Assembly (NCBI GenBank): GCA_041690395.1
Contig: JAWLHJ010000002.1
Coordinates: 420,707-484,706 of the forward strand
Reading direction: 5' to 3'
From: Longimicrobiales bacterium
GTDB taxonomy: Bacteria; Gemmatimonadota; Gemmatimonadetes; Longimicrobiales; Gaopeijiaceae
DNA: 64,000 nt
Shown here in pieces: positions 54,582 to 63,335 of this stretch. The translations under genes and the position numbers were made by a program. Below the pieces are notes generated by a model that saw only the letters and a list, made by a program, of their open reading frames with translations, did not search any database and was not told the origin of the DNA. The stretch's first letter is position 1. Each line of letters starts with the position of its first letter.

Positions 54582-55604
54582 ATGTCGCAGCAGCTCGGAC
54601 TCTTTCCGGATGCCGAGCCCCGGCCGGGGCGGGCCGGCGGCGTGGGCGCGGCGCCGGTCTCGGCCGAGCTCGAACGCGTCGCGACCGCGCTCCCCGAAGG
54701 ACTCCGCCTGGGCACCTCTTCCTGGAGCTTCCCGGGCTGGGCCGGGATCGTCTACGACAGGGAAGCGTCCGCGAGCACGCTCGCCAGGACCGGGCTCGCG
54801 GCATACGCGCAGAGCCCTCTCCTGCGCACCGTCGGGGTCGACCGGACCTATTACAGACCCATTCCCGCGGATGCCTTCCGGGATTACGCGGACGACGTGC
54901 CGGCCGGCTTTCGCTTCCTGGTGAAGGCCGACCGCCGCACGACGTCGCCCACGGACCCCGACGCGCCCGGCCGCAGGGCCACCAACCCGGACTTCCTCGA
55001 CCCGGCATACGCCATCCGGGAAGTCATCGAGCCGGCCGTCGAGGGACTCGGCGGCAAGCTGGGGCCGATCCTCTTCCAGTTCTCCCCCGGCCCGCCGGCC
55101 GCGCTCGGGGGAGAGCGGGCATTCCTGGAGCGCCTCTCGCGCTTCCTCGGCGCCCTTCCCGAAGGTCCGCTCTATGCCGTCGAGCTGCGCACACCGGAAC
55201 TCCTCACGGAGGCGTACCGGGACGTCCTCGAGAGCCACGCGGTCGCACACGGCTACGTCGTGCACCCGGCGATGGCGCCGCTCGAGCGTCAGACCGCGCT
55301 CCTCCCTCCGCACTACCAGCCGGCGCTGGTCGTCCGGTGGATGCTCGGTGGGGGACTGGCCTACGAGGCCGCGAAGGACCGCTACGAGCCCTTCGACAGA
55401 ATCGTCGACGAAGACTCCGCCACGCGGCACGCGGTCGCGGTGGCCGCCCTCGACGCGCTCATCGCGGAACGGGAGGTATTCGTCGTCGCCAACAACAAGG
55501 CCGAGGGATCGGCCCCGCGCACGCTGGAACGGCTGGCCGAGCACATCGTGCGGTGGCGCGACCCCGCGCCGTCGACTCCGGCCGGATCCGACGATGCTCC
55601 GTAA
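54582..55604 (+). CDS. DUF72-family protein
   Basis: LGTSSWSFPGW, VDRTYY, FLVKA, LFQFSP, AVELR, NNKAEG. Confidence 0.9.
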   Translation: MSQQLGLFPDAEPRPGRAGGVGAAPVSAELERVATALPEGLRLGTSSWSFPGWAGIVYDREASASTLARTGLAAYAQSPLLRTVGVDRTYYRPIPADAFRDYADDVPAGFRFLVKADRRTTSPTDPDAPGRRATNPDFLDPAYAIREVIEPAVEGLGGKLGPILFQFSPGPPAALGGERAFLERLSRFLGALPEGPLYAVELRTPELLTEAYRDVLESHAVAHGYVVHPAMAPLERQTALLPPHYQPALVVRWMLGGGLAYEAAKDRYEPFDRIVDEDSATRHAVAVAALDALIAEREVFVVANNKAEGSAPRTLERLAEHIVRWRDPAPSTPAGSDDAP

Positions 55605-56052
55605 CCCGAGGGTCTGGGCATTCGCCGCCGGGGGCTGGCTGGTGCTCATGGGGCTGGTCCAACTCGGACTCCACGTGTGGGGCGTGGCGCTGGAGCATGC
55701 CATGGTGGGACAGCGCGCCTTCGCCATGGAGGCGATGAAGCAGGCGTTCTTCCTGGAGCCGCTCCAGCCGAGCCTCTGGCGCCGCCACCGGATGCTGAGC
55801 GGGTCGCTCGGCCTCTTCTACCTCTTCGCGGGCTCCGTGCCCTGCATCCTGGCGTGGCTTCGCGTGGAGGCACGTGTCCTCTCGACCATGGCGCTCTTCG
55901 GCACGGTGTTCTGGACGCTCACGTTCGTCCCGTATGCGTTCTTCGATCCCGTGGCGCTCCCTCTGGCGACGGCCGCCGTCGCCGTGCCGCTCCACGGCAC
56001 CACCTGGCTGACCGCGACGCTCCGGGACATGGAAGAGGCCGAGACGGCGTAG
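55594..56052 (+). CDS. Hypothetical membrane protein (about 4 TMs)
   Basis: Hydrophobic segments; short overlap with DUF72 stop. Confidence 0.65.
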   Translation: MLRNPRVWAFAAGGWLVLMGLVQLGLHVWGVALEHAMVGQRAFAMEAMKQAFFLEPLQPSLWRRHRMLSGSLGLFYLFAGSVPCILAWLRVEARVLSTMALFGTVFWTLTFVPYAFFDPVALPLATAAVAVPLHGTTWLTATLRDMEEAETA

Positions 56053-56119
56053 GATCTTTCCGGCCGATCACGTATACTGGAACAGTCCGCGTCCACGCTC
56101 CGTCAGCCGAGGCGACATC

Positions 56120-56614
56120 ATGATCCGCGCGCTCCGATTCATTCCGCTCGTCATCGTCCTTTCCGCCTGCGGTACTGGCGAAGCAGGCGAAGTCGCCACG
56201 GACGGCGAGACCGCGGCGTTCACGGTCGCGGCGGACATGCCCTCCATCGTCGTCTACAAGACCGCGAGCTGCGGCTGCTGCAACGGTTGGGTGGAGCATC
56301 TGCGCGAAGCGGGCTTCACCGTCGAGGCGCGCGACGTGCGCGACCTGATGAGCGTGAAGCGGGACGCGGGCGTTCCGGTCCAGATGTCCTCATGCCACAC
56401 GGCGATCGTCGATGGGTACGTCGTGGAAGGGCACGTGCCGGCCGAGCAGGTGGCGCGGATGGTCGCGGAGCGCCCGGAGATCGCGGGCATCGCGGTGCCG
56501 GGCATGCCCATCGGGTCGCCGGGCATGGAGGGGCCGAACCCCGAGCCCTATCAGGTCCTGACGTTCGGCCACGACGGTACGGCCGGCGTGTTCGCGAATG
56601 TGGATCCGCGCTGA
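56120..56614 (+). CDS. DUF411/CopG-like metal-binding lipoprotein
   Basis: Lipobox LSAC; CGCC, SCHTA, EGHVP, PGMPIGSPGME. Confidence 0.92.
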   Translation: MIRALRFIPLVIVLSACGTGEAGEVATDGETAAFTVAADMPSIVVYKTASCGCCNGWVEHLREAGFTVEARDVRDLMSVKRDAGVPVQMSSCHTAIVDGYVVEGHVPAEQVARMVAERPEIAGIAVPGMPIGSPGMEGPNPEPYQVLTFGHDGTAGVFANVDPR

Positions 56615-56665
56615 GCGACTGAGCGCGCGCACCGCCCGAGCCGAGGAAAAGGCGAAGAGGGAGCC

Positions 56666-57049
56666 TTGTCCGCGGTCGTCCTGATCCTGGAGGGCTCCCC
56701 CGAGCTGAGGCGGATGCTCGAGGAGAGCCTCCGCCACCGCGGTTATGCCGTGAAGTCCGCGGCGGACGCAGACGAGACCCTCGCAACGCTGAGGAGGTCG
56801 CGCGTCGACCTCCTGATCGCCGATCCGCCGACTCCGGGCGCGGTGGCCAGTGCGGCACTCCTCGAGCCGATCCGGGAGGAGTTCCCGGATCTCCCGACGA
56901 TCCTGGTGTCCGGGAGCGCGTTCGACCCGGAGGCGATCCGCCCCCCCCAGTCAGGAGCGCCGCGACGCCGGCTTCTCCGCCGGCCGTTCACGCTCGGGGA
57001 GATGCTGACGCTCACGGACCAGGTGCTGTCCGGCGACGGTCGAGGCTAG
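56666..57049 (+). CDS. Single-domain, atypical response-regulator receiver
   Basis: VLILEG, VDLLIAD, PTILVSG, LRRPF; GAGGAG RBS before TTG. Confidence 0.75.
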   Translation: MSAVVLILEGSPELRRMLEESLRHRGYAVKSAADADETLATLRRSRVDLLIADPPTPGAVASAALLEPIREEFPDLPTILVSGSAFDPEAIRPPQSGAPRRRLLRRPFTLGEMLTLTDQVLSGDGRG

Positions 57050-57053
57050 TCGG

Positions 57054-57713
57054 CTAGACCCGCTTCAGCAGCCCCACCTCCAGCGCGAACCGGACCAGCT
57101 CGCTCCGGTGGCTGAGTCCGAGCTTCTCCATGATGCGCGAGCGGTAGGTGTCGACCGTCTTCGGGCTGATGAAGAGCTTCTCGCCGATCTCGCGCGAGCT
57201 GAATCCCTCCGCGGTCAACGCCAGCACCTCACGCTCCCGCGCGCTCAGGGCCTGTAGGGTTCCGGAGTCCGAATCCCTGTCGTCCCGCTCCTTGTAGCGC
57301 TGCAGCAGAAGCGTCGTCGCCTTGGGCGGCATGAACACCTGGCCGCGGGCCACGACACGCAGGGCCTCGAGGAGGTCCGTGTCGGCGCTCGTCTTCGTCA
57401 GATATCCGCTCGCCCCCGCCTCCACGACCGGAACCAGATACTCCTCCTCGGCGTGCACCGTCAGTACGAGCACCTTGGTGTCGAGCCCGAGCGCGGCGAT
57501 GCGACGCGTGGCCTCCAGGCCGTTCGAGCCAGGCATCGAGAGATCCATCACCACGACGTCCGGCTTGAGCTCCCGCACCCGGTCGACGGCTTCGTCGCCC
57601 GACCCCGCCTCGCCGACGACGCGCATGCGGCCCTCCGCCTCGATGAGCGCCTTGATGCCCGCACGGAACATCCTGTGGTCGTCGACGAGAAGGATCTCCA
57701 GCGGCTCACTCAT
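57054..57713 (-). CDS. NarL/NreC-family response regulator
   Basis: LLVDDH, DVVVMD, GYLTK, LSAREREV...ISPKTVDTYRSRIMEKL. Confidence 0.95.
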   Translation of the reverse strand: MSEPLEILLVDDHRMFRAGIKALIEAEGRMRVVGEAGSGDEAVDRVRELKPDVVVMDLSMPGSNGLEATRRIAALGLDTKVLVLTVHAEEEYLVPVVEAGASGYLTKTSADTDLLEALRVVARGQVFMPPKATTLLLQRYKERDDRDSDSGTLQALSAREREVLALTAEGFSSREIGEKLFISPKTVDTYRSRIMEKLGLSHRSELVRFALEVGLLKRV

Positions 57714-58740
57714 TCTCATTCTCCATGCGCAAGGGAATCGAAGCGCGGACAACGGTACCCTCCCCCGGAGCGCTCTCGACCGTCAAACGCCCTCCGACCA
57801 TCGTCGCCCGTTCCCGCATGCCGACCAAGCCCAGTCCGCGGTCGAGCTCCATGCTGTACTCCGGATGGAAGCCCCGACCGTCGTCTTCGACCTCCGCCAC
57901 GGCGAAGCCGTCGGACTCGTAGAGCCTCAGTCGCGTCGACGGAGCGTCGGCGTGCCGGCGCGCGTTCGAGAGCGCCTCCTGGATGATCCGGTAGAGCGAG
58001 AGCTTGCCGGTGAGATCGAGACCCGCATCCACGTCATCCAGCTCCGCGTCCACATCGAAGCCGAGACGCTCCCGAAGCGTGCGGACGTGCGCCCTCACCG
58101 CCAGCGCCAGTCCGACCTCCTCGAGCTCCGGCGGCCGTAGCCCCCGTGAGATCCGCTTGACGTCCTCGGCGGTCTCGATGATCTCCGCCCGGATCTCCTC
58201 GACGAGCTGGAGCCGGGCCTCGGGGTCATCGGCGTCGACGAGACGGCGGACGTGCAGGATGAGCGTCGCGAGCCGCTGGGCGGTATCGTCGTGCAGCTCC
58301 CGAGCGATCCGCCGCCGCTCGTCTTCCGTCGCGCGGAGCGCGCTTTCCGAGAACCTCCGCAACCTTCGGTGTTCGGTCATGTCGCGCACCGCGCAGATGA
58401 CACGGACGCCGCCGCGATCCGGCCCGCGGTCCCAGGGGCTGAGGCTGATCTCCACCGGGAAGGTGGTGCCGTCCTTCCGCCTTCCCCGCAAGTCGAGTCC
58501 GACACCCATCGGACGGTCCCGTGGCTGGCTCATGAACGAGTCACGATGCTCCCCGTGGTGACTTCTCGAGGCCTCGGGCACGAGGACGTCGACGGGGCTC
58601 CCGATCAGCTCCTCCCTCGACCAACCGAACAGGAGCTCGGCCTTCGGGTTGGCGTCCCGAATGAGTCCCTCCCGATCGACGACCAGATAGCCGTCGGGTG
58701 AGGCCAGGAACATCGCGTGATAATCTTCGAGGGTGATCAA
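57706..58740 (-). CDS. Soluble PAS-domain HisKA_3 sensor kinase
   Basis: PAS (ANPKAELLFGW...RRKDGTTFPVEISL), ERRRIARELHD, QEALSNARRHA, DDGRGF, GLGLVGMRER; no TM. Confidence 0.93.
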   Translation of the reverse strand: MITLEDYHAMFLASPDGYLVVDREGLIRDANPKAELLFGWSREELIGSPVDVLVPEASRSHHGEHRDSFMSQPRDRPMGVGLDLRGRRKDGTTFPVEISLSPWDRGPDRGGVRVICAVRDMTEHRRLRRFSESALRATEDERRRIARELHDDTAQRLATLILHVRRLVDADDPEARLQLVEEIRAEIIETAEDVKRISRGLRPPELEEVGLALAVRAHVRTLRERLGFDVDAELDDVDAGLDLTGKLSLYRIIQEALSNARRHADAPSTRLRLYESDGFAVAEVEDDGRGFHPEYSMELDRGLGLVGMRERATMVGGRLTVESAPGEGTVVRASIPLRMENENE

Positions 58741-58945
58741 GCGCCTAGGGTCTATGTTCTGCCTCTCGGTGGCGTGTGGCGAAAAGCCCTACTTTGTTTC
58801 CGGTCGTTCCCCGACAGCGTGGGACGCTCCGGTACCCCAGAATGTAAGCAGGAAGGAAACGACGACAGGGTCGCCAGACCGAGAGGCGGCCCTCGGTGGT
58901 AGGTGAAGGCCCATCAGAGGCGAGATTCCAAGACGAGGAGGCAAC

Positions 58946-59851
58946 GTGTACACTCAGATCATGGTTCCCCTGGATGGCTCCAAGTTCGCGGAGTCGGCCC
59001 TGCCCCTCGCGCTGACGCTGAGCCGAGCCACCAAGGCGCCCATCCACCTCGCGACCGTCATCGAGCCGGTCCCGGCTTTCGCCTATGAGGAATGGGGGGC
59101 CGCGGCCGAGGAATGGACGAAGGAGTACCTCGCGAAGCTCACCGAGGAGGTCGCCGGGCGCGCGGGCGGGGCGGTTACGTCGTCGGTCCAGTCGGGGCAC
59201 GTCGTCGACATGCTCCAGAAGGAAGCGACGCAGAAGAAGGTCGACCTCGTGGTGATGGCGTCGCACGGCAGGGGCGCCGTATCCCGGCTCTGGCTGGGCA
59301 GCGTCGCCGATCGCTTCGTCCGGCAGACGGACCGGCCGGTGCTCTTGGTGCGGCCGGAAGAAGGCGAGCATCCGGCGCTCGACGAAGCGGCCACCTTCGA
59401 CAACCTCCTGGTGCCACTCGACGGCTCGGAGTTGTCCGAGTCGGCCCTGCTACACGCGACGGAGTTCGGCGAGTTGTTCGACTCGGCCTACCACCTCACC
59501 CGCGTCGTCGCGTATCCGGTAGACCTGGCCTCCCCGTACCTCCCCCACACGGCCCAGATGAACCAGGAGGTGCTGGAGGAGGCCAAAGACCGCGCGGCCG
59601 AGTATCTCGAGACCCATGCCGACCGCATGCGGAAGCGCGGGCTGCGGGTGACGACTTCGGTGACCGTCGACGCACAGGCCGGCCACGGCATCCTCGTGGA
59701 GGCCGAGGCGGTCGATTGCGACGGAATCGCCATGGCCACCCACGGTCGGAAGGGGTTCACCCGGGCACTGCTCGGGAGCACGGCGGACAAGGTGCTGCGA
59801 GGCACGCATCTCCCGCTCCTGCTCCACCGCCCGGTCGCTCAGAAGGACTGA
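58946..59851 (+). CDS. Tandem-domain universal stress protein
   Basis: Two repeats VPLDGS...MASHGR/MATHGR...GSVAD/GSTAD; GAGGAGG RBS before GTG. Confidence 0.95.
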   Translation: MYTQIMVPLDGSKFAESALPLALTLSRATKAPIHLATVIEPVPAFAYEEWGAAAEEWTKEYLAKLTEEVAGRAGGAVTSSVQSGHVVDMLQKEATQKKVDLVVMASHGRGAVSRLWLGSVADRFVRQTDRPVLLVRPEEGEHPALDEAATFDNLLVPLDGSELSESALLHATEFGELFDSAYHLTRVVAYPVDLASPYLPHTAQMNQEVLEEAKDRAAEYLETHADRMRKRGLRVTTSVTVDAQAGHGILVEAEAVDCDGIAMATHGRKGFTRALLGSTADKVLRGTHLPLLLHRPVAQKD

Positions 59852-59905
59852 GCGCCCCGGCCGAATACCGACTCATCCACCAGAAACGCCTTATAGGGAG
59901 CGACC

Positions 59906-60463
59906 ATGTCCTCCGTCAGAGATATCATGCAGAGCGATGTCGTCACCGTGACGACCGACGCCACGGCCCGTGAGCTCGCGAGGCTTCTCGCTGATGAGCA
60001 GATCAGCGGGGTTCCGGTCGTCGACGGCGCCGGAGGGCTCGTCGGCGTGGTGTCGTCGACCGACGTCGTGCGGCTGGCCGCCGAAGAATCGCACGTGCGG
60101 CTGGTGACGACCGCCATTCGGGCGGGCGGGTACGGGGGCGGCAAGGTCGAGAGCGACGACGACTCGGACGAGCCGACCGACCAGGACCCCTTCGGCTTCT
60201 TCCTGCCGGAGGACTCGCCCCTGGCGGACGGCGCACTCCTGGCGGAGCTTCCCGAGAGCCGCCTGGACACCACGACCGTCGAGGAGATCATGACACCCGT
60301 ATCGTTCACCGTGGAGCCCGACACGACCATCTCGGAGCTGTGCGAGTTCCTGGTCCGGGGTCGCATCCACCGCGCGGTCGTGGTCGAGGACGGCGCCCTG
60401 GCCGGCATCGTCACATCGGCGGACGTCCTCCGAGCGGTCGCGGCCGGGAAGGTGGGAAGCTGA
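59906..60463 (+). CDS. CBS-domain pair protein
   Basis: VRDIM, ISGVPVVD...LVGVVS, VEEIMT, LAGIVTSAD. Confidence 0.93.
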   Translation: MSSVRDIMQSDVVTVTTDATARELARLLADEQISGVPVVDGAGGLVGVVSSTDVVRLAAEESHVRLVTTAIRAGGYGGGKVESDDDSDEPTDQDPFGFFLPEDSPLADGALLAELPESRLDTTTVEEIMTPVSFTVEPDTTISELCEFLVRGRIHRAVVVEDGALAGIVTSADVLRAVAAGKVGS

Positions 60464-60465
60464 CG

Positions 60466-61032
60466 GTGCGGAGCGGGTGCTCCCCTCGACGCACGTCGCG
60501 GCCGGCGCCAGGGCTCTCCGGAGCCCTGGCGTTGCTCTTGCTCGCGGCTCCGGCCGCGGTGGCGGCGCAGCAGCCGGGCGCCGACGAGGGATGGCCCGCC
60601 CCCGCCATCGGGGTGCGTGTCGGGTTCGACCAGTCGGCGAGTGGCGAGGTGCTCGGCGCACAGCTGAGGGTTCCCGTGCTTCCGAGCGGGCGGCTCGAGC
60701 TGGTGCCGAACGCGGACATCACCTTCCTGAACAACCTGCGCGAGTACGGCTTCAACGTGGACGCGGTCTTCGTGAGCGGCGGCCGGCAAGGAGGGCTGTA
60801 TCTCGGAGGCGGACTGGCGATGCGGAACTCGATCTTCACGGCCGAGATCGGGGGACCCCGCGAGACCGAGGTCGGCTTCGGAGCGGTCGTGGGCTTGAAG
60901 GGAGGCGGCCCGGCCGGGCTCATGACGCAGGTCGAGTTCCGGTGGAGCTTCCTCCCCGACGTCGACTACGATCCCCGGGCGATCACCCTCGGGCTCAACT
61001 TTCCGTTCTGGGGCCGCGACTCCCGCCGCTGA
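60466..61032 (+). CDS. Putative small outer-membrane beta-barrel protein
   Basis: Signal peptide, alternating beta strands, LYLGGG, C-terminal LGLNFPFW. Start uncertain. Confidence 0.6.
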   Translation: MRSGCSPRRTSRPAPGLSGALALLLLAAPAAVAAQQPGADEGWPAPAIGVRVGFDQSASGEVLGAQLRVPVLPSGRLELVPNADITFLNNLREYGFNVDAVFVSGGRQGGLYLGGGLAMRNSIFTAEIGGPRETEVGFGAVVGLKGGGPAGLMTQVEFRWSFLPDVDYDPRAITLGLNFPFWGRDSRR

Positions 61033-61071
61033 GCCGTCCCCTCGCTGCTAGGGTGAAGGCGGACGTCCTGA

Positions 61072-62010
61072 TCAGCGCGTGAGGATCACGAAGTCGGCCA
61101 GGCCGCGGTGGGACGCATCGTCCCAGGCGCCCACGTCCTCGTCCACCTGGGTCATGACGACCGACAGCACGCGCGTGCCGGGGCGGTAGCCCTCGATGCG
61201 CTCGGCGATGCCCGTGCCGCGCTCGACGTGGAAGGATCCGGCGAAGTGGATGACCAGTGCGCCGGGCGCCACCTCCAGCCCTTCCGTGATGGCGTGCCCC
61301 ATGGCTGCATCCCACAGAGCCTGGGCCTGGAGCGCGTTCTCGCTCCCCGCGTAGTCGCGCGCGGCCGTCGAGTCATCGTGTGCGCCCGCCGCCGCCATCG
61401 CCTCGGCCATGACCTCGTTCCACTGGGCGCGGTACTCGGGCGAGGGGCCCGGATACGGGAGCGGCGGCAGGTAGAAGCGCGCGAGCGGCCCGAGCACGTC
61501 CAGGGCGCCGCGGCCTTCCCGGGTCACCCGGTTCACGTAGCGGCGCGGCGCGTTCGAGGCCACGACCGGCAGCCCTTCCGCGCGGGCCGTCTCCACGAGG
61601 GGACGGTACCGGTTCTCGTAGTCCGGCCACGGGCGCGCGCTGTCCAGGAAGTGCTCTTCGGTGATCAGCCCGGCGAGGTACTCGTCCAGGACGTACTGCA
61701 CGTCCCGCTCGAACATCTCGAGCGACAGCGTGACCCAACGGGCGGTCCCACGCACCCGCTCCACGGCCCCCCTCAGGACGGCCTCCTCCAGCCTGTGGCC
61801 GACGGGGTTCCCGTGCTCCTCCCCCACCAACAGCACATCGGCGTCATCGAGGGCGGCGAGCACGTCGTCGAGGGATGCGTCCGTGCCGTCCGCGCGGTAG
61901 ACGCTGAAGTGGTCGTCGGGCAACGACGGAGCCGGCTCCTCGGCATCCTGGGCATACAGGGGCGCGGCGAGCGCGAGCAGTGTCACGAAGGAGGAGAGCC
62001 TGATGACCAT
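61072..62010 (-). CDS. ChaN-family (heme/iron-uptake, TIKI superfamily) exported protein
   Basis: LVGEEH, LSLEMFERD, YRPLV, SNAPR, QALWDAAM, GSFH. Confidence 0.88.
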   Translation of the reverse strand: MVIRLSSFVTLLALAAPLYAQDAEEPAPSLPDDHFSVYRADGTDASLDDVLAALDDADVLLVGEEHGNPVGHRLEEAVLRGAVERVRGTARWVTLSLEMFERDVQYVLDEYLAGLITEEHFLDSARPWPDYENRYRPLVETARAEGLPVVASNAPRRYVNRVTREGRGALDVLGPLARFYLPPLPYPGPSPEYRAQWNEVMAEAMAAAGAHDDSTAARDYAGSENALQAQALWDAAMGHAITEGLEVAPGALVIHFAGSFHVERGTGIAERIEGYRPGTRVLSVVMTQVDEDVGAWDDASHRGLADFVILTR

Positions 62011-62201
62011 GCGATACGATCCCGGAAGACGTGGAGCCGGAGGCGACGACGCGCCGACGGAGACGGTGAAAAAGGGTAGCGCACCGGGTTCCGAGCGTCA
62101 CGGCCCTGCGCCAGAGCCAGGGGTCCTCGCCGCCGTTTGACAAGCGTCGCGGAGGCATCGACCTTCGGCGAAGTATCCCCCCCCGAACGTCAGGAGTCTC
62201 C

Positions 62202-62837
62202 ATGCGCTTCCGCCTCGCGTCCGCGGCCGTCCTGGCCGCCGTCCTCGCCGCTCCCGTCTCGGCCCAGGACTTCCAGCGCCCCGACGATTGGCAGGTTCGC
62301 TTCGACCAGGCCGGCGCCTCCGAGGACCAGCTCGAGATGTTCGTGTCGATGCCGCCGGGATGGCACGTCACGTCGGGCCCGGCGGCCATCTACTGGAATC
62401 CTGCCAGCGAGGCCCGCGGGCGCTACAGGGTCGAGATGGAGGTCTTCCTTTTCGACCCGGGAGAGCGGCGCGAGGCGTTCGGCGTCTTCATCGGGGGGCG
62501 TGACCTGGACGGGCCGGACCAGGCCTACGCCTACTTCCTGATCCGCAACGGGGGCCAGTTCATCGTGAAGGAGCGCGCCGGCGCCGAGGCTCCGACCATC
62601 GAGCCGTGGACGTCCCACGAGGCGATCCTGTCGTACGCGGACCGCGGCGAGGACGCCTCGGTGCTGAACGTGCTGGCGGTGGAGGTGGACGGAGACACCC
62701 TCCGGTTCCTGGTCAACGACCAGGAGGTCTGGTCGGGCCCGAAGAACGACCTGCCGGTCGACGGGGTCTACGGCTTCCGCGTCAACCACGGCCTGAACCT
62801 CCACATCTCGCGGCTCGAGGTCAGCTCACTCGACTGA
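62202..62837 (+). CDS. Secreted hypothetical protein (concanavalin/DUF1080-like beta-sandwich)
   Basis: Signal peptide, AGGAG RBS, NVLAVEVDGDTLRFLVND, GFRVNH. Confidence 0.7.
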   Translation: MRFRLASAAVLAAVLAAPVSAQDFQRPDDWQVRFDQAGASEDQLEMFVSMPPGWHVTSGPAAIYWNPASEARGRYRVEMEVFLFDPGERREAFGVFIGGRDLDGPDQAYAYFLIRNGGQFIVKERAGAEAPTIEPWTSHEAILSYADRGEDASVLNVLAVEVDGDTLRFLVNDQEVWSGPKNDLPVDGVYGFRVNHGLNLHISRLEVSSLD

Positions 62838-62894
62838 GCCGGCGAACCGTGGGCCGGGGCTCTCCACCGCGCGAGCGGCCCCCGGGGGGGCGCC

Positions 62895-63287
62895 CTATCT
62901 GGGGGCCGACGCCTCGCCGGTCAGCGGCCGGGGGGGCTCGGTGATGTCGTCCTCGGTACCGGGCTGCCCGTCCGGACCCATCGAGCCCACGTAGTAGTCC
63001 CGGTTCGTGGCCCGGATGTAGTAGAAGTTGTCCCACGGGTCGGTCTCCTTACCCGAGAAGGAGCGCCGCAGCCATCCCGAGAAGTTGTCCGAAGCGGGGA
63101 GCCCCTCCGCGCGCCTCAGGCGTGCGTCGAGCTGGTCGGCCATCGAGCGCAGCTGCCGGGGGACGTACCGGGCTTTCACGTCGTCCACGTACGGCGTCAC
63201 GAACGCGTTCAGCTCCGCACGGAGGCTGGGCACGGCCATGGTGACGCCGAGCGCGATGAACGCCAGGTAGAAGAGCTTCTTGATCAT
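62895..63287 (-). CDS. GspG-like (pseudopilin C-terminal motif) protein
   Basis: N-terminal hydrophobic helix; DPWDNFY...SMGPDGQPGTEDDI. Confidence 0.7.
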   Translation of the reverse strand: MIKKLFYLAFIALGVTMAVPSLRAELNAFVTPYVDDVKARYVPRQLRSMADQLDARLRRAEGLPASDNFSGWLRRSFSGKETDPWDNFYYIRATNRDYYVGSMGPDGQPGTEDDITEPPRPLTGEASAPR

Positions 63288-63335
63288 TCGGGTCGTCCGT
63301 CCAGGAGAGTTCTTCGCTCCTCAAAGCTGCACCAC

